A stretch of 64,000 nucleotides of DNA from the human T2T-CHM13v2.0 reference genome, Homo sapiens (GCF_009914755.1 NC_060936.1); one strand, 5' to 3'. Shown: positions 30,545 through 46,380, counted from the stretch's first letter. A program made the numbers and translations. The notes: generated from the sequence alone by a model not told the origin.

Positions 30545-31349
30545 CTACCAGACTCTGTTATCAAAGTCAGACAAGGATAATGGACTGTGAAGGTCTAATT
30601 GGGAAAGAGAAAGCTTGCCAGTTATCGAAAAATGGTAAAATAAAGGAAAAAATACAAAACTAGATATATAACACTGTTAGGTAACTGAAAGGACAGAAAG
30701 AGAACTCTCAGTTACCACAATTTTAGCAGCTGCAGAAAGCAGCTTCTATTTCAGGGGGTGAAGGAATAAAGGGAATAAGTTGGATTTATTAGCATATAGA
30801 AGTTCGGAGGAGGAGCCCCATGAACTGAAACTCAGATCTATGAGGAGGGGCTGCTGCCCCGCCTGTACTGGTGTCTCTGAGGGGAGGGGCATGATGAAGC
30901 TGGTTCTGCAAGTGTTGGAAGACCCCAAACTGGATTCCGTTGTTGCTATGGGAAAAGCCACTGTATGGATAAAGAAGCATTGCTGGGCTACCGCACACAG
31001 GAAAAGGAAGCAGACAGAAGAACATAGCAAGCTGTCAGGCAGGAGCAAATCCTTTCTTCCTCTTCTAGCCCTGCAGTCTCCTTTGTTAGTCTAATAAGAA
31101 GCCAGCTGGCAAGGCAGAAATACAGTTTGCAGAGTTCCAGCTCCAGCATCTCAAATCAAAGCATGGAAGGGTAGGCTTGGAGCTGAAAGACAATCATGGA
31201 ACAAGGGACACAGTGAGCACACTCAGAAGGAAATTTATGCCCATCCCACTTATAAATGGATGAAAAATCTTAAGCAAATCATTTGTATAAAAATGGGACT
31301 TTTTTGCCCAGAGAAATATACTATAGACAAAGCTAAGAAATGTGTGACT

Positions 31350-31646
31350 GGCTGGGTGTGGTGGCTCACGCCTGTAATCTCAACATCTTAGGATGCCAAG
31401 GCGGGAGGATCACTTGAGCCCAGGAGTTTGAGACCAGCCTAAGCAACACAGTGAAACCCCATCTTTATAAAAATAATACAAAAATTAACGAGGCATGGTG
31501 GCACACACCTGTAGTCCTAGCTACTTGGGAGGCTGAGGTGGGAAGATTGCTTGAGCCCTGAAGGTCAAGGCTGCAGGGAGCCACGATCACACCACCTGGG
31601 TGACAGTGACAGAGTGAGACTCTGTCTCAAGCGAAAGAAAAGAAAG
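31350..31646 (+). mobile_element. AluJ
   Basis: Dimer; TSD GAAATGTGT(G/A)ACTG. Confidence 0.88.
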
Positions 31647-32612
31647 GAAATGTGTAACTGATTGGGAATAATGTTTTTGCAACATAGTTAACAAATATTT
31701 AGCCCCAATAACCTTTTCCAATATTAAATCTATAAATGTATGGATTTAGGACTTTTAGTTATTTATTAACAATGTACTATGAGCCAGGCACTATGCTAGC
31801 TCTTTGCAGACATGATTTAGTTCTCAGAACTACCCTATGGAGTTGATATTATTATCTCCATCTGGCAGATGAAAAACGGACACTGAAGAAGTATAAGAAA
31901 CTTGCTTAATTTCTCACAGTTTCTAAGTGGTGAGGCCAAGATTCAATACCAGCTCTGTCTAACCAGAGCTCTTTCCCATGCCCTTTTGTCTTCCTTGTGC
32001 TAAATTAGTTTACCTTGAACATTTCTAAAATTGCACTATTATCTCACATAAAGTATTCTCTGACCTCATCTTTTATGCTATGATCCAGCAGAGTATTATG
32101 CCCTTAAATTATCACTAACACAAGGAAAGAATAAATGCATTATAAGGATAGTGTAATGTCACTGAGTCTACAAATATTTATTCTAAGTGAAGGGAGAGGG
32201 ATAACTTATCACATCCATTCACAATTAAACACTTGGCAAAAACAGTAGCTAATAGAGAAATTTGAAGTTGGCCGGTTCACTAATTTGGTGCATGATGCTG
32301 TCAGAATTATTCATCAGCTTGGCTTCATGCTGACAAGCAATTATTTCTCCAAGGCTAAGTGAATTTCATGACCCAAACCCATAGGAAACTCTTAAGCATG
32401 GAATTTAAAGATGTTCACTTTATCAACAAATGACTCCAAACTAATTCTTAATTTGGAATAATGTGGTGAAACAAAGAATGAAGGTCCCAAAAATTTAAAA
32501 ATCTTTATTTAGATTTTAAAAACCTATGGTTTCTGTTTTTCGCCTTATCTTTGGCTAAATATTTGAACAGATTTGGAATTTCAAAGCCAAATGGATCATT
32601 TTGAGTTACATT

Positions 32613-32888
32613 CTTTATTTTTTAGAGGAGTTTTAGATCCACAGCAAAATCGAACAGAAAGTACAGATTTTCCATATACACCTGCGCACAAATGCATAGC
32701 CTCTCCTACTAGCAACACCCAGCACCAGACTGCTACATTTTTTACAATCAGTGAACCTACACTGACACACCTTTTTCATTCAAAGGCCATAGTTTGCATT
32801 AGGGTTCACTCTTGGTGTTGTACATTCTGTGAGTTTGGACAAATGCATAATCATTTGTATCCACTATTATAGAATCAGAGTATTTTCA
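32613..32888 (-). mobile_element. L1MC 3' end
   Basis: TTTTAGA..AGTTTTAGATCCACAGCAAAAT...CATTAGGGTTCACTCTTGGTGTTGTACATTCT; TSD GAGTTACATT at 32603 and 32889. Confidence 0.8.
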
Positions 32889-33119
32889 GAGTTACATTTT
32901 AAAATATTTATTTCCTTGTGATACTGCTAGATTATAACTACTGTTAGCTTTGTGATATGGGATGGTTAACATCTCTTGAGCTAGTTCTTCTCATACCCCT
33001 CGGCAGACTCCTCTATGTCCTTTTAACATTGGCATTTTTCTGAGTTCTATCCAAGACCTTCTCTGCCAGCCTCATCTACTTTCTATGGCTCCATTTATCA
33101 AGGGTATGCAGAAGATATC

Positions 33120-33655
33120 TGTGTGACGTTGGGAAACTGGCTGCAGATGTCAGCGTCCCCAGTAATGGCCTAACAATGATGATATTTAAGTATGTCAGAG
33201 AACAATAAGTCTGGAGAAAGTCTGTTCCAGGGTTGGCTCAGGGGCTCAGAGGTGTCATCAGATACCTGGGCTGTTTCTGCTTTTCAGCGCCTCCATTCAG
33301 AGCTGTCTCATGGTTTCAAAATGGCGGCTGGAACTCCAAGCTTTAGATTCTCACGTAACACATTTAAAATGAGAAGGCAGGGAGTTTTGAAGGCAGAAGT
33401 GAGATTTCTTCTCATGCTGTTTTATCAGGGAGGAAAATCTTTCTTAGAAGTTCCCCAATAGATTTCCCTTGTCTTAGAAATGGATTATACGTACACCCTC
33501 AACCAATCAATGACAAAGAGAAATGGGGTTACCATGATTGGCTTAATCAATTTTAATTCATAAACTGAGTACATCACTGCCTGAATAAAAGTGGGGTTCT
33601 GTTAGCAAGGAAGATGAGAGAAGAGGTTGTTAGTCAATTAGCAGTGTTCATCATA
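33120..33655 (-). mobile_element. MLT1 LTR remnant
   Basis: CAAAATGGCGGCTGGAACTCCAAG and GGGGTTCTGTTAGCAAGGAAG motifs. Confidence 0.6.
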
Positions 33656-35069
33656 GCACTCAAAAATCAATGACTCCAACTCAGATCTACATGAAGTTTA
33701 GACTCATTTATGCAAATGCCTACAAAATATCTCAGATCCTTCAGATTCCATGAACTCATCATCTTCCCTGACAGTCTGTAGCCCAAATCCAGTCTTCGGC
33801 CTTCCCTGACAGTCTTCAGCCCTAACACACACACAAACCTCCTCCCTCTGCTTTAATGAAGCGAATGGGCTTGCCATTCATTCAGGTGCCCCAAACAGAA
33901 ACCTAGGGGTAATCCTTAATATCATCCATCCCTTAACCTTCACATTCAGTTCATAACAAATTCCTATCGGATGTATCTTCTAAATAGTACTCAGATTGCT
34001 GGACTTCTCTTTGTCTTCCCTTCTACAGAAGCAAGTCAATTCTCCACATGATTGACTTGCCAATGAACTGACTCATTTATACAGTATTTACAAAATGTAT
34101 TGATCGTAGTTTTAACATCTTTAATAGAACTTTTTACAGCTTTAATAAACATTTGAATTTTGGTTACTGATAAATAACATTTTTTAAAAAAATTTAAGCC
34201 AATTCTGTTAGTCTGGAGTCCCTAGAAGGAGAATATGAAACAAAATGTACGTGCTATGGCTTGTTGAAGAGAGGGATACAATCCTACAGAAGACAAAGGA
34301 GAGGGAAAACGGCAGATAAGGAGGGAAAGCAATACAAGCTGGTATGCTGCCAAGTTTAGGCACGGCTTCTCAGGAAAACATCACTGACTAATGTGGGACT
34401 TCTCCAGAGTGGTCACATGGAGTCACTGATTCTCAGAACAATATGCTGTGGAAGAAGAATAAGGGCAAGAAATTTATTTGCAAGTTTGTTTTCATCTTCT
34501 GCCTCATTGGTGAAAATCAGCTCTTCAGGCCATTGAGTCTCCCTCATTTGCCAGTCCCTCTGGGCAATTGTGAGCTGGGAAAACCAGAAACTCCCTAGGG
34601 TTTAGTCAGGTTGAACCTGCACACAGGACCTGCTGCATCTCCATGCCTAAGTCCAGTCCTCGTCCCGGAGGAGGCTATGAAAATTGGAGACATTAGGATA
34701 TGAGGCGATGGTGGCAGCAGCTGAGATGTGAGCCTTCTCTGGGATTGCTCCAGCCTGGGAAGAAAGGCAAGTGTCAAAGGCTGTTGAGGGAGTGAGGATG
34801 AGCAGACCTGGAGTGGTGCACCCACTGAGCTCAGTACATAAACCAAGGATCACACACTGCATGAGAAATTAATGAGAAGATCCTAAAAGTACTTAAAATT
34901 TGATCCCCTCCCCAACATATGACAGAATTCTTTCAGCTACTTATGATATTTTTCTGGATGCTTTTGAATGTTATTTCTACTTTTTCAAAATCTGGTTCCT
35001 TTTGTTTTCTTTCACCAATCCCTCAAATGTCATAAGACCCATAATTTGTTATTCCTAGAATTAAAACAT

Positions 35070-36070
35070 TTAAACTCAAATTATATTTACTTCTCCATGG
35101 ATTAAAGATCTGTATGTGAATAACAAAACTTTACAATTATTAGCTTAAAATATACAGGAATGTTTTTATGATTTCAGGTAGGAGAGGATTCTTCATCAGA
35201 AGACAAAAGCACAATTCATAGACAGAAAGAATTAACATTAAAATGTTTAAATTATGTACATCAAAATTAAAAGACAGCTTATAGCTTGGGAGAAGATAAT
35301 ATTTGCAATGCACATAACTAAAAAAGGTTAAGATTCTCAAAATATGAAGAATAGCTGTAAATGAACAGAACAGCCAAATATCCCAATAGTAAAATAGGCA
35401 AAGAGGCAAATCACAGTAAGGAAACTAAATGGTGAGTAAACCTTGCCAGTAATCAAAGAAATGCCAATTAAAATGATAATGAGATACCATTGAATACCCC
35501 TTGTATTGGCAAAAATAAAAAAATCTGACAATGTCATATACTAGTAAAGATATAGTGGAATGAGAGTATAAATTGGTAGAGCAAGTTTGGAGAGCAGTTT
35601 AGCAAAGTTTATTAAAATTTAAAATATGCATATACTATAACACTACCATTTCATTTCTAGGCAAACATTCTAGAAAATGAGCCTTCGCATCTGGAGTTAG
35701 AAAGTTCATTGAAGCATTGGTTGAAATAGTGGAAAAGTAAAAACAGCCTCAATGTTCATTAATGGAAGAATGAGCACATTGCAGAATAATTATAAAATAT
35801 AATTAAAATTAATGAACCAGAATCTAATGTTAAATAAGAAAGCAAGTTGCAGAATGATATTCTTATCATTTATTTATTTAAAATTTGAAAACACACAGAA
35901 GATTACTATACGTGGCTTATGATTAGGTAGATAGTAAAAGTATAAATATATATGTAGGAATGATAACACACAACACTCATGAGAGTGGCAACCTTAAGGG
36001 AAGAAAGATGGAGAATGGGATCCGGGAGGGTATACAGGGCTTCCAGCTATATGTAAGGTTTTATTTCTTT
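35070..36070 (+). mobile_element. L1ME-like 3' fragment
   Basis: ORF2-end motifs (AAATGCCAATTAAAATGATAATGAGATACCA). Confidence 0.7.
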
Positions 36071-36230
36071 AAAATAAAAAATCTAAAGAAATCTGAAAAA
36101 ATCTTAAGGTTTCTTGAAATTGATTGCTAGTGATTTTCCAACTGTACATAGGGTTTTATTTCTTTCAAATAAAGAATTGAAACAAATCTGACAAAATCCT
36201 AAGATTTCTTGAATTTGATTGCTAGTGATT
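36041..36230 (+). repeat. Diverged tandem duplication, 95-bp unit x2
   Basis: GGTTTTATTTCTTT...TTGATTGCTAGTGATTT occurs twice, 95 bp apart. Confidence 0.85.
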
Positions 36231-36649
36231 TCTTGGGGTTAAAAAATTCTGTTTTTTTCTGAACGTTTGAAGATTATACTTTTTTTTTCAAAAAAATCTG
36301 AAAGAAATAAAAGTTATAAGCTTAATAAAATCTACATAGAAATTTTAAATTGAACTTAAATGTAAACTAAAGTTAAATTCAGCAACATGCAAGATTAATT
36401 GGAATTGGTTGAAAAAAATCCCATCCCATATAAAATGCTAACATTTTAAATTTATAACCAAAAACAATAGAAGTCTGTTAACTTGATAAGAGTCTGCAGA
36501 ATGATTCTACATGAAAGAAGAAAACAATAAAGCAAGAGAAATGAGCAGGGCTCACTCTAATGGATAACCTGATTAGAATGCCTGTCACATATCTATTGAT
36601 GCTGCTGATGTTTGCCAATATCTGGGTAAAGTGGTATATTTGGCAGGAT

Positions 36650-37100
36650 ACAGTGTTAGTGGCTGTCACCAAGAACCAAAATAAAAGTAGCTTAAACAAG
36701 GGAAAAGTCTATTTCTCTCTCACATAATAGTCAGAGTATAAATAGTCCAGGACAGGAACAGCAGCTCTGTAGTGCTGGGGACTCAAGCTCCTTCTATCTT
36801 TTTACTCTGTCATTTTCAACACATACCATTCATTTATGGTCCAAGATGGCTGCTCCAGCCTTCACCATCATGTCCACATTTCATCCAATAGGAAGGAGGT
36901 AAAAAGAAGGTGGAGGACGTACTCCATGACTAGTAAGTTGCTCACATGAGGTCTGCTCATATTCCTTGGCTACTCTTAGCTGAAAGAGAGACTGAAAAAG
37001 ACAGCCTTTATGCTGGGTGTCCATATACCCAGCTAAAATTAAGGGTTCTGAGTGAATATAGCAAGAATGGATATTGAGAAACAATTAGGAATCTCTGTTG
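36650..37100 (-). mobile_element. MLT1 LTR remnant
   Basis: GGTCCAAGATGGCTGCTCCAGC...CCCAGCTAAAATTAAGGGTTCT motifs. Confidence 0.65.
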
Positions 37101-40100
37101 AGGTGGCAAAAATAATTCTTTAATAGCTGGTATGAGATTCATCTTAGGGAAGGAAGTGCCTTTGTTTAGGAATATAAGAGCCATTTGGGTGTGAAAATAT
37201 AAGCATTGGGAGAGAGAAGTTAGAATAAAAGGAGTTTGGATGTTTCTCTGTATAGGTAAATGAATATATTTTAATTTTTTTTTTCCTACGAAGAGGAGAG
37301 AGGAAGGGGTACCAAGTTACTTGACAGAAATCTGGACTTACCAAAGTTTTTTGTCTGCCACACAAAGACAGGCTTTGTGACGTTGTGTTTTATGTATGGG
37401 TGTGTGTGTGACAACCCAGGAAAGGAGCTGAGGTTCATGTGTGTGCCAGGATCTTGAGTGACAGGGAGAGCACTTGAGTAAGTGATGAGTGCACAATTGG
37501 AAAGACGTAGAACCACCCCTCAGCTTTACACTGGCTTGTTACCTTTGAATCCAGTTTTGGAAGAGTTATTTCCCTAGAGTCTCCTGGGTTTCTGTACTAA
37601 ATGAACTCCTGGCCGGCTTCCCTTAACAGTCTTCCAGCTGTGCCAAGTCCTAGGAAGAACAAAGCCCAGGCTCCAGCTATGGGCCCTGCTAAACTCAGTC
37701 TCCATCTTGGGCGGGGGTCCATTTACCCCTCTCTGCTCTTTGCCCAAGCTTCTGTCACTAAGGAGAAAGTACAACACCAAGATTCCACAGCAAAATGTTA
37801 TGTGAACTTGATGATTTTGTATTAGTAGTAATGTTTGAGAATTTGATGAAAATAGTCATGAGGAAAATAGTCAATCTCTTAAACACTGGGCGTGGCTTTG
37901 AACGTTCTCTAAAAATAAATTGACTGAGATTTTAAAAAGTTCTTGTTTTGTGGCTGAAGGTAAAGAATCATGTTTAAATTGTTCTTATTTTAAAAGTTAT
38001 TTGTATCTCAAGTGGACTCGGTTAAATGATATTCATTTGCTGATTCATTCATTCACTATGATAAGTGCCCCAGAAGACAACACACTGCATTAGATATGGT
38101 CCTTGTCTTCATGTAGTTTTTCATTAATTGATTGGTTCATTCAATGATTCAACAAATATTTATTGAGCACCTACTATATGCTTGCTACTAGGCTAGGAAC
38201 AGAGGATGAATGGGGAATGAGATGGTCTGCCAGCCTTCAGGAAGTTTTTGGATGAGGCAGCCATGGAAATAAACAATTATAAGACAGTATAATGTGTGCT
38301 ATAGAAGAGAAAGGCTTAATGTGCTGTGCTTGTTGAGAGCAAATACACAACTTTTAAAGTCAGAGTCATTTGTGGTTCTTTAAGATTAAAAAAAAAAAAA
38401 ATTGCAGACTGGGAGAGCCCTCCTGGTTTTCAAGGCATCTGTGATTTCTCTGGTATTGTTTATAGAACAGAGCCTGAGAAAAATCTTTCTTGCTAACAAG
38501 CCAGAATTTAGTTTATAATTAGACAAGAGGACTCAACAACAAGGGGTGATGGAACATGGCCGAGAATCTTGGAGAAGACCAAAAGAAAACAGTTTAAAAT
38601 TAATTTAAAATGTGAGGCTTTAAAAATGTCCATTTATTTTTCATGGAAACCAAGCTCAACCGACCTCAGAGACAAGGTATTTATGGACAGAATTATTTGT
38701 TGTATGTTTACCTGCTTTAACACAAGTAGTGACTGTTAAAACATTTACCATGTGCCAGGCCATGCTAGGTGCTTTTTATACATTGTCTTATTTAATCTTC
38801 ATAAACATCTCATGTGGGAATTCTTAGCCCTATTTTGCAGGTGGGCAAAGTGAGGTTCAGAAAGCATAGTTCATCTCAGTTTATACTGCTAGTGGAGCAG
38901 AACTGAGATTTGACTCTAGAGGCTATGGGATTCCAAGCCCTGTGTGCTTAGCTCCTATGCAATAGTATGTCCCAGGACTTATCATATTTACAGTAAAACT
39001 ATTTTAATTATTTATTATTTACATTTATTCTCTACAGCAACTTCCAAAAGATGCATGTAATAAAAATACATTGTACTAAACATATAATAGAAAAGCAGTT
39101 ACAATAATGATAAAAAGGAAATCAAAGCTCTATGAGGCAGGGACAAGATAATGAAACTAAAGTAATCATTTTCCATAAATGTTCACTGAATGAATAAATA
39201 AATGAATTAAACTACAATTAGAGGGTTCAAACTTGGAAGTTTTAGAAGCTAGAGCAAAAAATAGAAACATGATGAGTTACATACCTAACATAAGAAAGCA
39301 TATAAGCTTAGCGGAACAATTTTCTGCATGGACTTTAATAATGAGGGTAACATAAATGACCATGTTATTTATGTTATATTTCAGAAGAAACAAAAATGAT
39401 TTGCAGATAAAAGTTGTTTATTCAATGGTCTCTAAAAAGCAGATGGCAAATCCTTACAAAACATTTCTATGAGGAGCTAAGCGAATATGCTCTAGGTATG
39501 TCTCCTTCAGTTATGCCAACATGATGCAATACTTGAGCTTAGAGATTGTAGAATTATAAGACTGTGTTTGATGGAAAGTAGAAACCCCGGAACACCTGAC
39601 AAACTGTGATGGAGCCAGCTGTGAGAAACTCAGTGGATAGGGACTAGACGACCAAGGGCCAGACTCACTCCCACTTCCATTTGCCTTTGCTTTTTTCTTC
39701 ACCCTCTCATCTTACATTTATTGAGCACCTGGGCTATGTGCTCAACCCAAGGATACATACCAAGATCAGTAAGAGTGGCCTTTGCACTTAAGGAGCTTAT
39801 ATTCTTTCCTACTACCTAATACAGAAAGAAATATTCTCGCCTTCTCACAATGCAGCTACCACTACGTATTTCCTTCCAGGAATCTACTAACTGCACACCT
39901 GAGTGGATCCCATCTCATTCTCCCTACTCACATTCCTGGAAGGAAACCCTTAGTGGTAGCTGCATTGTGAGAATGCAGGAATATTTCTTCTCTGTTCTGT
40001 GTATTAGTTGTGGTTTTTTGTGCCTAAACTGCTAGAAGAATAGCTATGTTTCATGTCCAGCAGACAGTCCCAGATCCCTCTGATTCTTAGAGAAGGAAAA

Positions 40101-40391
40101 ATCCTCTGCCCAGAGATTCCTCTGTATAGGGAAAGAGTGTAAGTGTTGGAAGACTGATGGGCCTTGGTTCACACCCCACTATTTGGACTTTCTAGCCCTT
40201 GGCTTTAGGCAAGCTCCGTAGCCAGCTTCAGCTTCCTTGGCTGTACAGAAGGAAACAGGATCTACTTTGGAAAGTTTGAATAAGTATTAATTACATGAAA
40301 AATGGCAGGTCAATACATGACAAGTATGATGATTATCTAATTTTCTTTGATTCTTCTATTTGCAGCCATGGAGGTTTATATTAAGATTTGA

Positions 40392-40741
<350 letters not shown>

Positions 40742-43158
40742 TTAAAATGTGAAGTAGGTTTACAGTTTGCTAGATAATATGCTTCATGAAGATAGAAAAT
40801 GCATCAGCCTTGTGTTGTATGACCAGCGGCTGGCCTAGCAACATGACTCAATAAATATGTATTGAATGAGTGAATTAATGGATGAATTAGGGCAAAGTAG
40901 GCAGTGCTTGTGCCATAACTGCACTCATCCTCATTACGCTATGCATGAAGGTTTCTGGTGTGGAAAATATAGTCCTTCTCATATTACATTGTACCAGAAG
41001 ATAACTTCTGTTTTTGAAGGGGCTAAGGGGCCTAAACACCCCCCACCCCTCACTGGCCTGATTGATATTCACATATTCCTTTTCCTGCTATTGCTAAAGA
41101 TCAGTTTGGTTTTTGTAATCCTCTTCTTCATCTTACTTCTTTTTACACCTCAGTGGGGAAACAATGAAGTCCAGGTCTGATAATAACTTTAGACTTCATA
41201 TGTGGTTGCTATAGACACATTTGCTCATTTTACCATGTAGATAATATCTTTGCTTTCAATATTATGCGTTCAGCAATCAAGTCCAGGGAATTCACATTTG
41301 CTAATAGATGATTTAATGTTATGCTATAATGGCAATACTTTAACAAATTAGCCATTAATGAAAAATCTCACAGTTAGTTGTATTTGATCTTTGGCCATGG
41401 ACTTACAGAGAAGATATTACCAAAGTGATTCATAGAGACTGGTGTTTGGAACTGAATTTTAAAAATCAATTAAGAAAAAATATTAATAAACCAGGAATGT
41501 AGTACTCACAGATATATAATAATAACATCAGAAGGGATTTTACTGAGGAAGAAACATACAAGAGTTTTCTTCAGAAGAAGAAAATTAAAGTAGGCATCAA
41601 CAAAATTAAACCCAGTAATTAAAACCCAATGAGTAATGATCTAGCTTTCTTTATAAAATAATGCTGGGCCTTGTTCTGATGATAATTTGATTCTCTTTGA
41701 TAAATACAGTAGCAGGGAGGGATAACCTTTGAAAACGAACTTTGATAAAATAACAAAGCATTCACTCTTCTCAGCTTCATGCACAATATCTGATCCTCAA
41801 GCCTGATACAGACACACTCACTTCCTTCACCTCGAGACCGGAAGGAGAAGGCTGGGATGACAATGTCTTATGTCTGGAATAATTCATCATCCCACAGTGA
41901 GATGTGTCTCCCCACAGTATTACCTTGTCTTATATCTTCCCAATATGATGGATGATGATGAATCGTTGTAGTAGGAGGATGAGTTTATTTCTGAAACATA
42001 AAATCCCAGAAATTGGTGTAGATCTTTTGCCTATTGTCCCAGTCTTGCTGGTAAGACACCAACCTGGGAGCGTATACTCAAGGGGTAGAGTCTGATTGGC
42101 TGGGCTGGACCAGGGGAGAAGCTTCTCTGATGTGGCAGAAGCAGTGCCCTCAAAGGCCACAGTCTGCATGGTCCAGGAAGGAAGATTTCAGCCAGAGCTG
42201 CAGAAGTACCACCAAGGACCAAGAGTGGGCAGGTTTAAAACTCAGACCAGAAATTCAAGTCTGGGTAAAAAATAAATCCGTTTTCTGTTCTGTTAAGCTG
42301 GCTAGAAAATAAATCTTGATCATCATTTAAGATTCTGCTCCAGAGTTGTGTCAAGATCTTACCTTGCCCACCACAGGATACCATCCATAATGTTCTCTAT
42401 TAGACTATCCATTGTCCCAGTCTGCATGGGACCCTGCAGTTCAGTGGTTTCTGCACCACACTTGGGGTGCCCAAATACTTAGCAGGACTTGGAATCCCTG
42501 GGAGTAGCGCCCAATCTTTCTAGAAGCCCCATGTAGCTATTCCTTGGAGGTCCTCCCCTCTACCCAAGGTAAAGTGGAGTACGCATTCTCACTAACCTAC
42601 TTCCACTTCCCAGTCTTAGGAATATCTTTCCTCTCAAACACTAAGTGGTAGATAAGCTCAAAGGCAGAATAAACAGGGCACTTGCCTGGCAGGGGTGCAC
42701 ACACGTATATAAATACACACAGAAGCTTTTAAAAGAAACTTTTAAGAATAAATAAAATAAAATCATAATATTCATCAAAAGGAAAACTTTGAATGTAATT
42801 GCACTTCTTTTACTGATATGGATAAATATTGTTTCTTGAAATCAACCTAGTGGGTCAGAATAAGTGTTTTTAAAAAATGAAAGAGTAAAATAGAAAATAT
42901 CAAAATAGGTGACACATAGAAAGCCTAAGTATTTTCTTGTAAGCTTTCATTTCAGTTACATGTATACAAATGTGTGTGTCACCGTGCTGTGATATGAAAG
43001 TTATTACTGTAAGTCATAGTCCAAATTTTTGAAAAACTCTGCTCTGTATGATACGCATCCAGAGAGTGAGGTTGTTAGAAATGTGATTTTTGGGAAAATG
43101 ACTGACACCAGAACTTACAACCAAAGCAGATGAAATGAATGGTTTAATGTTTATTCCA

Positions 43159-43300
43159 ATCTTAGCTATTCAGGAGGCTGAAGTGGGAGGCTCCCTTGAA
43201 GCCACGTGTTCTAGGCTATAGTTAGCCATGATCGTGGCACTGCACTCCAGCCTGGGTGACAGAGCAAAACCCTGTCTCTAAAAAATAAAATAAATAACAT
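43159..43300 (+). mobile_element. 5'-truncated Alu right monomer (AluJ/FRAM)
   Basis: TSD AAT(G/A)TTTATTCCA. Confidence 0.8.
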
Positions 43301-44934
43301 AAATATTTATTCCAGAAAAGTCAAGATCTAATTATATATATATAACATTATTGATGATGCACTTGGGATATTTTCTTGAATCAAAGAGACCTTCAGACCA
43401 TCCCAGGTAACTGTCTCAATCACCTAAAAGCATGGCTAATAGCCACTGTCTCTGTTGCCCTAAAGGGCACTACCTGCTATTTAATGACAATTTACTGTAT
43501 ATAAGACCCTGTTCTAAAGGCTTTATATACAGGATCTCTTGGTCCTTATGACAAGTTTATGAGGCTGGTATTAATTCCCGGAGTTTAAGATGAAGACACT
43601 AGGAGGCAGGCAAGGTGACTGACTTGTCCAGCAGAAGAAGAATTCAAACCCTATTGACATCCACATCCCCAAGTCTAATCTGGAGGGAGGGATAGCGATA
43701 CCACATCTTCCCTGAGAATCTGTCCCCTCGATGCTTAGCAACTTAGCTTTTTTCTGACAGAAAGATTTTCTCTGGGTCTAATTTAAATTGCTCATGCTGC
43801 AGTCGAAGCCCTTTGCCTCTTTGTCTCCTTTGTGGCGGCCAAGAACAGCTGGTCACTGTCCCACTAACAATGATGCGTCGTCAAGTAGGGGACAATAATT
43901 TTCCTCCTTCAGAACCAACAATCCCAGCTTCTTGAACTGTTTTTCTTTGGCCCTGTTTTCTCCCAACCCTTCAATTATTTCTTTTTTTGCCCAGTTTCTT
44001 GGGGATAGCTCCACAGCTTCGCTCCTTGTCAGCAATGGATGTGGGGGCAGGATGAGGTTTGGGCACTTCTAGTTTCTATTCCTCTGAATTCCCCTGGCTT
44101 CTAATCTCATTCAGCCACTGGGGGCCCTGACAGCCCCTCTTAGAGCCCCTGTGCACACAGATCTTGGCTTCCACGCATCCACTTGGAATTGTACAGGGCA
44201 CGGGTGCCTCCAGGGCCCTTCACCTCATGTGTGGATGGCTATTGTTAAAGTTTGTCACAGTCTCCCTAACTCAGCCTCTCCCCTTAGGATGCCCATCCCC
44301 CACCCTCCAAATATCCTTGAAATCCCCTACTCAAGTGCTCAGCAATTCCTGGTTACCAGGAGCTTGGAATCTCGCCCACCCTTGGCTAGCTACATGCCTT
44401 TTCTATTTCCCTCTAAGCTCTTTTTATTTTCTGCTTCAGAGTTTTTATGTATGTGTCACATTGTTCTTTTTTATGATCAATTTGTAGTTTAACTTTTTAG
44501 ACAGGCAAAACTTTCACATGGTATAAAATTCAAAAGGTACAAAAGGCACACACAGCAAGCATTTTTCCTAATACCTTGTCCCCTAGAGGCACGTGACTAG
44601 TGTTACCAGTTTTTTTGTATATCATTCCAGGCATATCCCACTTATCTATTTTGTGATTTTACATATACATACACATATTTATATGTGATACATATCCAAT
44701 TTTTGATAGATATACACATACATATGTACCCATATACATATATGTATTATCCATACACTGGATATCTACTGCACACAGTTTTCTGTGCTTTATTTTCAAT
44801 TAGAAGTATAGCTTGGTGACTATTCCATTCCATCATATTTATAGAGCTTCTCCATCTTCTTTATGGCTGTATAATACTCTGTTCCATGGATAAACCCTAA
44901 TTTATTTCATCAGTCCCTCCTGAAGGACTTTGAT

Positions 44935-45180
44935 TTTAGGAACATAGACTTTGGAATCAGACTACCTTGATAGAATTCTGGCTTGATCACATATTAGCTA
45001 TATGATCTTGGACAACTTATTTAACTTCTCTGTGCCTCAGTTTTCTCACTTGTAAACTGGCAATTACAATAGTACCTCCTCTTAGGGTTGTTGTGAGGAT
45101 TAAATATGTTAATCAATGTCAAGTACTTAGAACAGTGAATGGCACATAGTAAGCTCCAGTAAACATTAGCTATTGATTAT
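44935..45180 (+). mobile_element. MIR, near full length, inside an old antisense L1 (~44480-46540)
   Basis: TTTAACTTCTCTGTGCCTCAGTTTTCTCACTTGTAAA core and GGTTGTTGTGAGGATTAAAT. Confidence 0.8.
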
Positions 45181-45441
45181 TTCTCAAGTTTTGCTATTGC
45201 ATTCTGTGCTGCAGTAAATAACCTTGAACATAGGAGTGATACCCAAATATTTAACAGCTATTACAGAATGGGCACTGATGAATCAGAATAATGCTGGCCA
45301 CAGTGCTGAAGCAGGGTTCCAGAGGTCCCATGTGGTCACAGGCATTTACCTCTTGATTTGCTGGGTTGCAGCAAAGGCTAGGGGTTCTTGGGGAGGGATC
45401 GTATGGCAGGACAGCAGCATTTACTCATCAATAAATAAGCA

Positions 45442-45865
<424 letters not shown>

Positions 45866-45976
45866 TAAGTCGAAGGTTATAAACACTTGCAATTTGTCCT
45901 CCTTGGAGATCGTACCAATTTGCCTAATTTCCAGCAATATATGTGGGTAGAGCTTCTTTTTATCTTTGCCCATCTA

Positions 45977-46380
<404 letters not shown>

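Noticed and set aside
30580-31215. Purine-rich block with several ORFs
   Set aside because: Probably an old LTR/repeat fragment embedded in L1; I could not assign a family and saw no consistent splice structure.
41874-41923. Apparent 50-nt GT-AG intron (minus) within the candidate fossil gene
   Set aside because: Below normal human intron size, and the frame reads through it cleanly, so 42197-41822 was treated as one exon.
42150-42190. Resemblance of FLDHAD and DWDN to NIDO or FG-GAP/VCBS motifs
   Set aside because: Too short for a family call without a profile search.
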